Assembly (NCBI GenBank): GCA_001775475.1
Contig: MEWW01000010.1
Span: 5,143 to 69,142 of the forward strand
From: Candidatus Adlerbacteria bacterium RIFCSPHIGHO2_12_FULL_53_18
GTDB taxonomy: Bacteria; Patescibacteriota; Minisyncoccia; Phycocordibacterales; SBAW01
Reading direction: 5' to 3'
Length of the DNA stretch: 64,000 nt
Part shown: positions 7,892-17,206 of the stretch, one piece after another
Layout: every line of letters begins with the position of its first letter
How positions within the stretch are numbered: position 1 is the first letter of the stretch
Translations under genes and position numbers: made by a program
The notes under the pieces: model-generated
The model's database searches: none
What the model saw: only the letters and a program-made list of their open reading frames with translations
What the model was told of the DNA's origin: nothing

Positions 7892-9184
7892 TTATACCTG
7901 CACCTTTTCTATTTTTTCTTTGCCGCCCATAAATGGACGGAGTACTTCCGGCACAGTTATGGTGCCGTCTTCCTGCTGATAATTCTCCATAATCGCAATC
8001 AAGGTACGCCCCATCGCAAAAACGGTTGCATCATTCATATGCACGGGTTCTACCTCACCCCCAGCGCGCTTAAGGCGAGTGTTGAGCCGTCGTGCTTGAA
8101 AACCCCCTACATAATCGGCACTGTGCGTCTCTCGGTAAGTGTTTTGCCCGGGCATCCAGGTTTCGAGGTCAATCTGCCGCTGGTCGGGGAAGCCCATATC
8201 GCCAGTACAAATAAGTACCGTCTGGTGTGACAACGCTAGTTTGCGCATCAAATGTTCTTGTATTGCGATCATAAAGTCCTGCTCTGCCAAACCGTCTTCG
8301 GGCTTAACAAAGCTCTCCATCTCAAGCTTGTCAAACTGGTGGAGTCTCAAAATTCCTTTCGTATCTTTGCCATAGCTCCCCGCTTCGCGTCTGAATGAGG
8401 GAGAGTAGCCAGCGTAGCGTATTGGCAACTGCTCTTCCTTAAGCGTCTCGTCCATATGCAGGGGCCCTAGCGTGTGTTCTGCACTGCCGATGAGTACCAG
8501 GTCATCCTTTTCAAAATAAAATCGGTCGTCTATGGGGTCTAGCCGCGCCATGCGGTTCATCACCAGCGAGCGCATCATGACCGGCGGCACTACCGGCACA
8601 AAAGGTTTGGGGTTGACCGAGAGTCCTGCTTCTTTAGCGATAGTTTCCAGTTTTTCCCGCGAGGTAAGCACTGAAAGAGCCCACTGGAGTATTGCAAACT
8701 GTAAGAGCGCGAGGTCGCCTTTAAGGTAGGTAAAGCGCGCGCCCGACACTTCTGCCGCTTTTTCACTATCAATAACGCCAAGCGCGTGTCCAATATCCCA
8801 ATGCGCTTTCGGCTCAAAATTAAATTGTGGTTTCTCTCCCCACTGTCTGATTATCTTGTTTCCACTCTCATCGGGCCCCACGGGCGTGTCGGCTGAAGGA
8901 ATATTGGGGACCTTAATAAGGAGAGCGACCAGCTCACGCTCAAGCGTCTGATATTTTTCTTCCGCGCTTTTTAGCTCGTCTTTAAGCCGCTTTCCGGCCT
9001 CGGCGTCGCGTCTGTTGGCTGCCTCGTTGCGGCTTCGGTTGAGGTCTGAAATGTCACCCGCGAGTTTTTTACGCTTGTCAGCAAGTGCCAAAATTTTCTC
9101 AATATCAATTCCTTCGCGGTTTTTATTTTTTATCGCCGCTTTGACGAGCTCCTGATTCTCCCGGATAAAAGTGACATCAAGCAT
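7892..9184 (-). CDS. serS: serine--tRNA ligase
   Basis: N-terminal coiled coil (MLDVTFIRENQELVKAAIKNK...) followed by a class II core (FEKDDLVLIGSAEHTL, RLHQFDKLEM, GRTLIAIMENYQ). The start is set at ATG 9184; the 58-codon upstream extension in the ORF track was rejected. Confidence 0.85.
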   Translation of the reverse strand: MLDVTFIRENQELVKAAIKNKNREGIDIEKILALADKRKKLAGDISDLNRSRNEAANRRDAEAGKRLKDELKSAEEKYQTLERELVALLIKVPNIPSADTPVGPDESGNKIIRQWGEKPQFNFEPKAHWDIGHALGVIDSEKAAEVSGARFTYLKGDLALLQFAILQWALSVLTSREKLETIAKEAGLSVNPKPFVPVVPPVMMRSLVMNRMARLDPIDDRFYFEKDDLVLIGSAEHTLGPLHMDETLKEEQLPIRYAGYSPSFRREAGSYGKDTKGILRLHQFDKLEMESFVKPEDGLAEQDFMIAIQEHLMRKLALSHQTVLICTGDMGFPDQRQIDLETWMPGQNTYRETHSADYVGGFQARRLNTRLKRAGGEVEPVHMNDATVFAMGRTLIAIMENYQQEDGTITVPEVLRPFMGGKEKIEKVQV

Positions 9185-9212
9185 ATAAAATACGTGTAGA
9201 ATTAATCCTACA

Positions 9213-10070
9213 ATGCCGGCCGTTATACGACAACTGACAAGAAAAGAGTTTCCGGCTCTGCTGAAAGAGATTCCCGACTGCCCGCCGCAGCTTTTCATAC
9301 GAGGCGAGATGCCGCCGTCCGGCTTTGTGTATCTTTGTGTGGTCGGCTCGCGTGCCACGACCCCCTACGGGCGGCGCACCTGTGCTTCGCTTATAAGCGG
9401 CTTGGCGCGATTTCCTATTGCAATAATTTCCGGCATGGCGCTCGGTATTGATGCCGAGGCGCACAAAGCGGCACTTGATGTTGGGCTTCCTACCGTTGCC
9501 GTGCTGCCTTCCTCCTGCGACGAGGAGTCGCTGTATCCGCCGAGCAACAAAGCGCTTGCTCAGCGCATCTTAGCGCGCGGGGGCGCTTTGGTCAGTGAGC
9601 GGAAGAGCCCGTGGAAGGCGCATCCTCACGACTTTGCCGCGCGCAACCGGATTATGGCCGGGATGAGCAAGGTTATTCTTATTATCGAAGCGGGAGAAAA
9701 GTCGGGCACGCTTATTACCGCGCGGCTTGCGCTCGACTACAACCGCGAGGTCCTCTGTGTCCCACATGAGTTGGGCCGCGAGAGCGGCAAAGGAGCAAAC
9801 CAACTTATCCGCGAAGGGGCGACACTGGTGTGCAACTCCGCTGATGTCGCGGAAGCGCTTGGGTTTAAAGAAAAGCCGGAACAAGAAACGCTCCCCACCG
9901 ACCTAACGCCGCAGGAAGAAAAGATTCTACAGGCCTTAACCGGCTCCGCCCACAAAGACGACCTCCTGCTTGCCACTAAACTCTCAGCGCAAGAAGCAAA
10001 TATTGCCCTCTCTTCGCTCCTCATCCGCGGGCTTATTGTTGAACGGTTGGGTAAAGTGGAGCGCGTGTAG
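9213..10070 (+). CDS. dprA: DNA processing protein DprA (Smf)
   Basis: Rossmann-like DprA core: GSRATTPYG, GMALGIDAEAHKAAL, GTLITARLALDYNREV. A C-terminal winged-helix-like tail follows. Confidence 0.8.
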   Translation: MPAVIRQLTRKEFPALLKEIPDCPPQLFIRGEMPPSGFVYLCVVGSRATTPYGRRTCASLISGLARFPIAIISGMALGIDAEAHKAALDVGLPTVAVLPSSCDEESLYPPSNKALAQRILARGGALVSERKSPWKAHPHDFAARNRIMAGMSKVILIIEAGEKSGTLITARLALDYNREVLCVPHELGRESGKGANQLIREGATLVCNSADVAEALGFKEKPEQETLPTDLTPQEEKILQALTGSAHKDDLLLATKLSAQEANIALSSLLIRGLIVERLGKVERV

Positions 10071-10140
10071 TGGACAATTGTTTATTCTGTGGTATCTTAT
10101 CTTTAGTAAGTATTAGCAATCATAGTCGAGGAGACGGAAA

Positions 10141-10677
10141 ATGATTGACGGAAAACGGGGCTCGCTCAATAGTGGCAACACGTGGTGGAAAAGCCTCAAG
10201 CCTATTGAGAAGATTGCGGTGGTAAAACCGCTTCTTGAGGATGGCCTTACGAGCGAACAAGCCAAAGTTCGTCTGCACTTGAGCAGCAAAAACATGATTG
10301 TGAACGTTCGCAATCAGATCATGAAGTTCTATCCGGAAGGAATGCCCGACCGGAAGAATGGCCCGCGGTCTTCTACACCTGCCTTGCCGCGCCCTTCAAG
10401 GCGCGGAGCACATGCACGGCAAATCAAGGAGCGTGTGAAAAGACGTAACGAGGATCTGGCACGGGCGAAGGTGCCGGAGCTGCAGGTGATCAAGAATCCG
10501 ACACCTCCGCCGAAGCGTCCCCGCACGCGCGAGGAGATTATCGACGCGAACATTCATGACATGCCTCCACCATCACGTGGCCCTTTTATTGACGATCCTA
10601 TAAATATAAAGGATCGTGCCTACGGCGCCGCTTTGAACTCCATCATCTACAAGCTCATCGACGCCGGTGTCGTATGA
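10141..10677 (+). CDS. hypothetical protein, basic and Pro-rich (possible N-terminal HTH)
   Basis: GAGGAG RBS 10 nt upstream; 178 aa; no recognised family. Followed by a strong terminator. Confidence 0.4.
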   Translation: MIDGKRGSLNSGNTWWKSLKPIEKIAVVKPLLEDGLTSEQAKVRLHLSSKNMIVNVRNQIMKFYPEGMPDRKNGPRSSTPALPRPSRRGAHARQIKERVKRRNEDLARAKVPELQVIKNPTPPPKRPRTREEIIDANIHDMPPPSRGPFIDDPINIKDRAYGAALNSIIYKLIDAGVV

Positions 10678-10684
10678 ATAGTCT

Positions 10685-10722
10685 GGGGCCCCGCACAGCG
10701 CGTGCGGGGCCCACTCTTTTTT
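10685..10722 (+). terminator. rho-independent terminator
   Basis: ggggccccgcac-agcg-gtgcggggccc hairpin followed by ctcttttttaa. Confidence 0.7.
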
Positions 10723-10775
10723 AATGCTATGCTTTACACGGTATACACTTGTGGTGTATTACTTAGGACTCGCAG

Positions 10776-12998
10776 ATGAAACTAGTAATAGTAGAGTCGC
10801 CTGCAAAGGCGAAGACCATAGAGAAGTATCTCTCCGACATCGACAAGTCGGGGGATTTTGTTGTGCGCGCCTCGGTGGGCCACGTGCGCGACCTGCCGAA
10901 GAGCAACAAGAAAGCAATCGACATAGCCGGCGGCTTTGTCCCCCACTACGAGGTGGTAGCCGGCAAACTCGATGTTATCAATGACCTTAAAAAACTGGCT
11001 AAAAAAGCAGACGAGGTGATACTCGCCACCGATCCCGACCGAGAGGGCGAGGCCATTGCCTGGCACATTAAAGAAGAGCTGGGATTAAAGAAGCCGGAAC
11101 GTATTGTATTTAACGAGATTACACCGGAGGCTATTGCCGAGGCGCTTCAAAACCCGCGCAACATCGACGACAACTTGCGATATGCGCAGGAGGCACGCCG
11201 GGTCTTGGACCGCCTGGTGGGCTACGATCTCTCAGGCCTTATCTGGAAGAAGGTGCGCTACGGACTCTCCGCCGGCCGCGTGCAGTCGCCTGCCCTGCGT
11301 ATCTTGATGGAGCGCGAGCGCGAGATCCGCGCTTTCAAACCGGAAACCTTTTATGTCATTACGGCACAAACAGAAACGCCGAAGAAGGTAGACCTTACTC
11401 TTACCTGCGTAGAAGAGCCTCGCGACAAGAACGTTACCGACTCCATAATCGATGCCGTTAAAAAAGACGGTCTTACCGTGGCAGAGGTCACAGAGAGCGA
11501 GATGAAGCGCAGTCCCCGCCCGCCCTTTACTACCTCGACCCTCCAGCAGGCGGCATCAACGCGGCTTGGCTTCTCGCCCGCAAACACTATGCGCATTGCA
11601 CAAAAACTTTACGAGGCGGGGCATATTTCCTATATGCGCACCGACTCGGTAAACCTTTCCAAACAGGCGGTAGACAGCATTGCAAAAATCGTAGAGAAAA
11701 AGTTTGGCAAAGAGTACGCACAGACCCGTATCTATACTGCCAAGTCTAAACACGCACAGGAGGCGCATGAGGCTATCCGCCCTTCGCATATAGAAAAGGA
11801 GAACGCGGGCAACACGCCTGAGCAGAAGAAACTCTACGAGCTTATCTGGCACCGCACTGCTGCCTCGCAAATGGCCGATGCCAAGCTCCTTAAGACAAAG
11901 ATAGTGGCAGAGACAAAGGATAAGAAAGTGCCTCAGTTTGCCGCCAACGGCTCTCAAGTCGTGTTTGACGGCTGGCTTAAAGGCGACCCGGCAGCGCGCG
12001 GCGAGGATGTCGAGCTGCCAAAAGTTACCAGCGGCGAAGAGCTTGATGTAAAGAGTGTTGAGGCAGAGGAAAAACAGACCACCCCGCCCCCGCGCTACAG
12101 CGAAGCGGGCCTGGTAAAGGAGCTTGAAAAGCGCGGCATTGGCCGCCCCTCGACCTACGCATCAATAATGAAGACGCTTGTTGACCGCGGCTACGTCACT
12201 AAAGAAGGCCGTACCCTTACCCCAACCGATACTGGCGACGTCGTCTCAAGCTTCCTTGAAGAGAACTTCCCTACGTACATCAGCGACACCTTTACTGCCG
12301 AGATGGAGGACGAGCTCGACGAGATTGCCGAGGGCAAGCGTGAGTATGCAAAAACACTGAAGGATTTCTACACCCCGTTTCTCAAGGACGTAAAAATTAA
12401 AGATAAAGAAGCAGGCAAAATTACCGACATCGGCGAGGCACCGAAAGAGTTCCCCTGCCCTGAGTGCGGCTCACCAATGGTCTTTAAGCTCTCTAGAGGG
12501 GGCAAGTTTATGTCGTGCAATCGCTTCCCCGAGTGCACCGGCTCGCGCACCGAAACCGGCGAAATTATTTCAAACGAGCCGCCAAAGCCTATCGGCAACT
12601 GGCCAGAGACCGGCGAGTCTATCTACGTTTTGACCGGGCGCTTTGGCCCGTATGTGCAGGTTGGCGAGACACCAACCGGCAAAGGCTCGAAGTCTAAAAA
12701 TAAACCCCGCCGCGCATCCGTGCCAAAAGAAAAATTGCCGGAGGATGTAACGCTTAAAGATGCACTTCACTACCTTTCGCTTCCGCGTACGTTGGGCACT
12801 CACCCTGAAACGGGCGAATCAATCGTGGCAAACGTGGGTCGCTTTGGTCCGTATATTGCGCACAACACCAAGCCAAAACCCGATTTCCGTTCGCTTAAAA
12901 CCGATGATGTCTACTCGATCGACCTCCCCCGCGCACTCGAAATTTTGAAAGAGGAAAAGAAAAAACGCGGCTTCGCACGAAAAACTAAAAAGGAGTAG
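10776..12998 (+). CDS. topA: DNA topoisomerase I
   Basis: Toprim (VIVESPAKAKTIEKYL, ATDPDREGEAIAW), catalytic Tyr region (GHISYMRTDS), C-terminal Zn ribbon (CPECGSPMVFKLSRGGKFMSCNRFPEC) and a lysine-rich tail. Confidence 0.9.
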   Translation: MKLVIVESPAKAKTIEKYLSDIDKSGDFVVRASVGHVRDLPKSNKKAIDIAGGFVPHYEVVAGKLDVINDLKKLAKKADEVILATDPDREGEAIAWHIKEELGLKKPERIVFNEITPEAIAEALQNPRNIDDNLRYAQEARRVLDRLVGYDLSGLIWKKVRYGLSAGRVQSPALRILMEREREIRAFKPETFYVITAQTETPKKVDLTLTCVEEPRDKNVTDSIIDAVKKDGLTVAEVTESEMKRSPRPPFTTSTLQQAASTRLGFSPANTMRIAQKLYEAGHISYMRTDSVNLSKQAVDSIAKIVEKKFGKEYAQTRIYTAKSKHAQEAHEAIRPSHIEKENAGNTPEQKKLYELIWHRTAASQMADAKLLKTKIVAETKDKKVPQFAANGSQVVFDGWLKGDPAARGEDVELPKVTSGEELDVKSVEAEEKQTTPPPRYSEAGLVKELEKRGIGRPSTYASIMKTLVDRGYVTKEGRTLTPTDTGDVVSSFLEENFPTYISDTFTAEMEDELDEIAEGKREYAKTLKDFYTPFLKDVKIKDKEAGKITDIGEAPKEFPCPECGSPMVFKLSRGGKFMSCNRFPECTGSRTETGEIISNEPPKPIGNWPETGESIYVLTGRFGPYVQVGETPTGKGSKSKNKPRRASVPKEKLPEDVTLKDALHYLSLPRTLGTHPETGESIVANVGRFGPYIAHNTKPKPDFRSLKTDDVYSIDLPRALEILKEEKKKRGFARKTKKE

Positions 12999-13008
12999 AC
13001 TGAGGTCT

Positions 13009-14523
13009 ATGGTTACCGCCAAAGAGATAATCGAGGCGATGGGGGCGCCCAGCCAAGAAGACAAGGCGCTGGTGGAAAAGGCATACAATTTTGCATTAAA
13101 AGCCCACGAGGGGCAGAAGCGCTTTTCCGGCGAGCCTTACATGGTGCACCTGGGGCGCGTGGCGCGCAGCATCGCCGAGTTGGGCTTGGGTAGCAAAACA
13201 GTTGCAGCGGCGCTCCTACACGACACTATAGAGGATACCGAGGCAACAGCTGAGCAACTAGAAAAGGAATTTGGCAAAGAAATCTTATTTTTGGTTGAAG
13301 GTGTTACCAAGCTCGGCCACTTGAAGTATCACGGGGTCGAGCGCCACCGGGAGTCCCTACGCAAACTCCTGGTTGCCACGGGACAGGACGTCAGAGTGCT
13401 TATCATCAAGCTCATGGACCGGCTCCACAACATGCGCACGCTTGAACATGTCCCTAAAGAAAAACAGCAGCGCATTGCACTCGAGACGTTAGAAATTTAT
13501 GCCGCTATCGCTCACCGGCTCGGCATGGGCGTCGTGCGCAAAGAGCTCGAGGACCTCGCCTTCCAGTATGCGTACCCTGAGGAGTACGAAAATGCCAAAC
13601 GCCTTTTGACCGAAAAAACGCAGGAGACTACAGCGCGGCTTGAGGGCATGCTGCGCGACCTCAAAAAAGAGCTTGCTAAGGACGGTTTTACCAAATTTGA
13701 GAGTGACTTCCGGGTTAAAGGCCTCTGGAGCCTCTGGCAAAAACTCAAACGCAAGGAAGGCGACATTAGCAAGGTCTACGACATCGCAGCAATACGTATC
13801 GTGGTTGACGACGTCGCTGACTGCTATCGAGTGCTTGGCATAGTTCACAACCTCTGGCAGCCCTTGGTCGGTAAAATAAAAGACTACATCGCCTTCCCTA
13901 AGCCCAACGGCTATCAGTCGCTGCATACCACCGTTTTCTCCGGCGACGGTGGCATTGTCGAAGTGCAGATCCGCACTAAGAGCATGCACCAGGAGGCGCT
14001 CTTTGGCATAGCGGCCCATGTCTCGTACAAGGAGCCGGGCGCAGCGGCAGGCAGAGGCTCGAGTTTCGACTGGATCAAGAGCTTAATTCCCGGTTTCTCA
14101 AGCAAAACTGTGCCACCACCCAAAGAGGCACCGGCGCACTACGGCTCCCAGGTCCCCGAGTGGCTGAGCGCCTTGAGTGAACACGAAACCGACGACCCCG
14201 ACTTTGATACAACGTTAAAGACAGATATTTTCTCTCACCGCGTGTTCGTCTTTACCCCCAAGGGCGACGTGGTTGATCTCCCGGTTAAAGCTTCGCCCGT
14301 CGACTTTGCCTATGCAATACACTCCGATCTCGGCAACCACGTGTTTGGCGTCAAGGTTAACGGCAAGATGGTGTCGCTCAACACTGTGCTCCACAACGGC
14401 GACATCGTGGAGATAGACACACGAAAGTCTGCACATCCAACCAAGAAATGGCTGGACTTCGCAAAAACGACGCTCGCCCGCCGGCATATCCGGAACGCAA
14501 TCGGTGAAGGCGTAAAAAACTAG
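13009..14523 (+). CDS. short RelA/SpoT-family (p)ppGpp synthetase/hydrolase (HD + synthetase + TGS domains; no C-terminal ACT/RIS region)
   Basis: HD motif ALLHDTIEDT. Synthetase block DIAAIRIVVDDVADCYRVLGIVHNLW...GYQSLHTTV. TGS domain VFVFTPKGDVVDLPVKASPVDFAYAIHSDLGNH. The ORF ends right after TGS at 504 aa. Confidence 0.8.
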   Translation: MVTAKEIIEAMGAPSQEDKALVEKAYNFALKAHEGQKRFSGEPYMVHLGRVARSIAELGLGSKTVAAALLHDTIEDTEATAEQLEKEFGKEILFLVEGVTKLGHLKYHGVERHRESLRKLLVATGQDVRVLIIKLMDRLHNMRTLEHVPKEKQQRIALETLEIYAAIAHRLGMGVVRKELEDLAFQYAYPEEYENAKRLLTEKTQETTARLEGMLRDLKKELAKDGFTKFESDFRVKGLWSLWQKLKRKEGDISKVYDIAAIRIVVDDVADCYRVLGIVHNLWQPLVGKIKDYIAFPKPNGYQSLHTTVFSGDGGIVEVQIRTKSMHQEALFGIAAHVSYKEPGAAAGRGSSFDWIKSLIPGFSSKTVPPPKEAPAHYGSQVPEWLSALSEHETDDPDFDTTLKTDIFSHRVFVFTPKGDVVDLPVKASPVDFAYAIHSDLGNHVFGVKVNGKMVSLNTVLHNGDIVEIDTRKSAHPTKKWLDFAKTTLARRHIRNAIGEGVKN

Positions 14524-15482
14524 ATAGAAAAACTGCTCGGGTTGAAGGTGTTTTCATCTATCGTCTTTTCCTCTGCCGGTCGGTCGTCAACGGGTGTGTC
14601 CGGAGCCGCTGTGTCCGAGGGCTTTTGTTCCTGAGATTCCGGCGAAGTTCCGGTAGCTCGCGCCTGCAGCGCCGCAAAGAGAGCGCGCAGGTCTTCTTCA
14701 GTCATGTAGTCAATCGAGAGCTTGCCGCCTTTGTCTTTAGGCTCAATCACGACGCGCGTGCCAAGAGCCGTTGCCAAGTCGCGCTCCATTTCCAGCACCT
14801 CCGGCGAAAAGAGATATTCCTTTTTGCGTACGCGGTCAACCGCAATCCGCCGCGCGATATTTTCCGAGTCGCGCACAGTGAGCTTCTTGAGCATGATTTC
14901 CTTAAAGAGTGTCTGCTGCTCGGCAGGGCGGTCAATAAGCATGAGGAGCGGCCGCGAGTGACCCTCCGAAATCTTGCCGTCTGTCAGAGCTTGCTGCATC
15001 TCTGGCGGCATCATAAGGAGCCGTACCGTATTGGCGACGTACTCGCGGCTCTTGCCTATCTTTTCTGCAATCTGCCCATGCTTAAAGCCGAACTCGTCGT
15101 GCAGCCGGTTAAAGGCCGTTGCGCGGTCCATGGGGTTGAGGTCCTCGCGCTGGAGGTTTTCGATAATAGCGAGCTCGAGCTTGGTTTTATCGTCGTCATC
15201 CACCTCGCGTATGAGGGTCGGCACGGTAGCAAGCCCCGCAATCTTTGCAGCGCGGAGCCGCCGCTCACCCGCCACGAGTTCATACTCGGTCGCGATGCCG
15301 CCATCGGGTTTTTGCACCTCCTGGCGGTTGACAGTTAAGGGTTGCAAAATACCGTACTGGCGTACCGAGCGCGCCAGGTCGTTAAGTTTATCTTCGTCGA
15401 ACTCTCGCCGTGGCTGAAAAGGGTTCGGTTTTATCTTGTCTACCTCAACCCAAAAAATAGCGTTGTTGTAAAACCCTGCCAT
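14520..15482 (-). CDS. parB: ParB/Spo0J-like partition protein with an acidic/Pro-rich C-terminal tail
   Basis: ParB N-terminal box GILQPLTV, ELVAGERRLRAAKIAG, HTH region. The start is set at ATG 15482 because the longer listed ORF would overlap tRNA-Leu. No parA is present in the window. Confidence 0.75.
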   Translation of the reverse strand: MAGFYNNAIFWVEVDKIKPNPFQPRREFDEDKLNDLARSVRQYGILQPLTVNRQEVQKPDGGIATEYELVAGERRLRAAKIAGLATVPTLIREVDDDDKTKLELAIIENLQREDLNPMDRATAFNRLHDEFGFKHGQIAEKIGKSREYVANTVRLLMMPPEMQQALTDGKISEGHSRPLLMLIDRPAEQQTLFKEIMLKKLTVRDSENIARRIAVDRVRKKEYLFSPEVLEMERDLATALGTRVVIEPKDKGGKLSIDYMTEEDLRALFAALQARATGTSPESQEQKPSDTAAPDTPVDDRPAEEKTIDENTFNPSSFSI

Positions 15483-15506
15483 GTCGCCCCATTGTATCAA
15501 ACTTTG

Positions 15507-15587
15507 TGCCGGAGGTGGGACTCGAACCCACACCCCTTGCGGGACACGATTTTGAGTCGTGCGCGGCTGCCATTACGCCACTCCGGC
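15507..15587 (-). tRNA. tRNA-Leu (anticodon CAA)
   Basis: 81-nt GCCGGAG...CACGA CTCAAAA TCGTG, long variable arm TCCCGCAAGGGGTG, GTGGG TTCGAGT CCCAC, CTCCGGC-A. Confidence 0.8.
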
Positions 15588-15665
15588 TTGATAATTACTG
15601 TACCCTACCCTGCCCAAAATCTCTATGGTAGTGTGGCAAAGGCACGAACCTTGAGGAGAAAACCG

Positions 15666-16388
15666 ATGCCAAAAACCGGACTAATTTTCGCCTACGATTT
15701 CAGCACCTTCGACGACAAGGCCGCTTTGCTCAAGGAGATTGCATCGCATGTTGACCTCATCAAGGTCGGCCTGCAAGCAATAACGGCACTTGGCCCGGAG
15801 CACGTGAGTATTGCGTACACAGTCCAGAGCTTCACAGGGACAGTCCTGCAAAAAAAGGTGATGTGGGACGAGAAACTGCTCGACATCGGCAACACGATCG
15901 AAGGTGCAGCGAAGAACATTGCTCTGCTTTCAAGCGTGAGCCTCGCTACCCTACATGCCCAGATGAGCACCGCAGGGCTTCAAGCAGTTGTGCGAGCCTG
16001 GGAGGGTAAGATCACTCCTCTCGCGGTAACCGCCCTTACCGACCTCGACGACCAGGCGTGCTGGGACAGATTTCGTCGCGATGCCGCCCAGACCGTTATT
16101 GATTTCGCCAAGATCGCGTACAGCAACGGCATCCGCGGTTTTGTCTGCTCGCCTCACGAAGCACGAGAGATCCGCAACAGGTTCTCCGATGTTACTATCG
16201 TGACGCCGGCGATTCGCCCCCTGTGGGCAGTTGCCAAGGACGAGCAGAAGCGGGTCATGACACCGACCAAGGCTGTACAGGCAGGCGCCGACTATATTGT
16301 GGTTGGGCGGCCGATCTCAAAGCCACCCGAGGGCAAAACCTCCGAACACGCAGCACGCGAGATCCGTGAAGAACTCGAGGCGGCGTAA
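15666..16388 (+). CDS. pyrF: orotidine 5'-phosphate decarboxylase
   Basis: GAGGAG RBS then ATG. DFSTFDDKAALLKEI...DLIKVGL, KLLDIGNTI, VCSPHEA, VTPAIRP, TPTKAVQAGADYIVVGRPI. The 5' extension in the ORF track overlaps the tRNA and was rejected. Confidence 0.7.
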   Translation: MPKTGLIFAYDFSTFDDKAALLKEIASHVDLIKVGLQAITALGPEHVSIAYTVQSFTGTVLQKKVMWDEKLLDIGNTIEGAAKNIALLSSVSLATLHAQMSTAGLQAVVRAWEGKITPLAVTALTDLDDQACWDRFRRDAAQTVIDFAKIAYSNGIRGFVCSPHEAREIRNRFSDVTIVTPAIRPLWAVAKDEQKRVMTPTKAVQAGADYIVVGRPISKPPEGKTSEHAAREIREELEAA

Positions 16389-16490
16389 TTGTCTCGAAAC
16401 GAACGTGCGCCGGCCACTTGTGGCCGGCGTTTCTCTTTTTGCTTAAAAATGGTAGGTTTTGTGCGGAACTGAACAAATGGAGACACGCTC

Positions 16491-17198
16491 ATGAAAGTTC
16501 CTTCAGGACGTATTTTCTACCAGCCCGATCTCAACATCATGCGGCTTGCCGCGCACGTTGGCTTCGTCAGATGGTACGACGAGGCTCGCACCCTTGCCTC
16601 AGGTCGCGAATCGCACATTTACGTTGAAGGTCGCCAGGACACGACTGAGAATCCGGCATTCCTCGACCTCGTGTGCAGGAAAATTCTTCAAGATACAAAC
16701 GCCATCATGGCGGAAGACGAGGACGATCGAAGGGCGCGATTCATCGGTATCCCCCATGTCGCCCATGGGTGGACGCCCGCGATCACCATGGTCGATTTTC
16801 ACTCCAAGATCACGCCTCACGGTGCCTGTCATGCAATCATGCGTTCCGAGCTCAAGGAACATGGCGGACGTAAGGGCAAGTGGGTTGCTGGCAGTCCTCA
16901 ACCAGGGAAGTATCGCGATTTTCTCTTCGACAACGTCGTGACCGACGCAGGAAGTAAGCAGACCGCTCTGAGCCATCTGATCGAAGATGGATGGCGGTCA
17001 GACCAGATCGACACGATGGTCTTCGTCGATCGTCAGCAAGGCGGACTGACAAATATGGAACAGTTGGGGTTCCGTCGGGTCCACGCATGCTACTTCCTGC
17101 TCGACATGACGTTTGCGTTTCGCGAACTCGGGCTCTGGCCAGCAGATGCGGTTGAGCGGGTCGAAGAAGAGATTGCTGCTCATCAACTCGCCAAGTAG
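16491..17198 (+). CDS. pyrE: orotate phosphoribosyltransferase-like type I PRTase
   Basis: PRPP-binding loop FLFDNVVTDAGSKQTA and VFVDRQQGG (PyrE VDReqGG). Lies directly downstream of pyrF. Confidence 0.6.
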   Translation: MKVPSGRIFYQPDLNIMRLAAHVGFVRWYDEARTLASGRESHIYVEGRQDTTENPAFLDLVCRKILQDTNAIMAEDEDDRRARFIGIPHVAHGWTPAITMVDFHSKITPHGACHAIMRSELKEHGGRKGKWVAGSPQPGKYRDFLFDNVVTDAGSKQTALSHLIEDGWRSDQIDTMVFVDRQQGGLTNMEQLGFRRVHACYFLLDMTFAFRELGLWPADAVERVEEEIAAHQLAK

Positions 17199-17206
17199 CC
17201 TTTGTA

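Noticed and set aside
7892-9358. 58-codon N-terminal extension of serS in the ORF track
   Set aside because: The extension is non-homologous and low-complexity. The conserved SerRS N-terminus begins at Met 9184.
14625-15417. Plus-strand ORFs antisense to parB, and minus ORFs antisense to topA (11351..11957)
   Set aside because: Shadow ORFs inside supported genes, with no independent signals.
15342-16388. 348-aa version of the pyrF ORF
   Set aside because: The 5' 108 codons run through tRNA-Leu(CAA) and the parB start. The true start at 15666 has a GAGGAG RBS.
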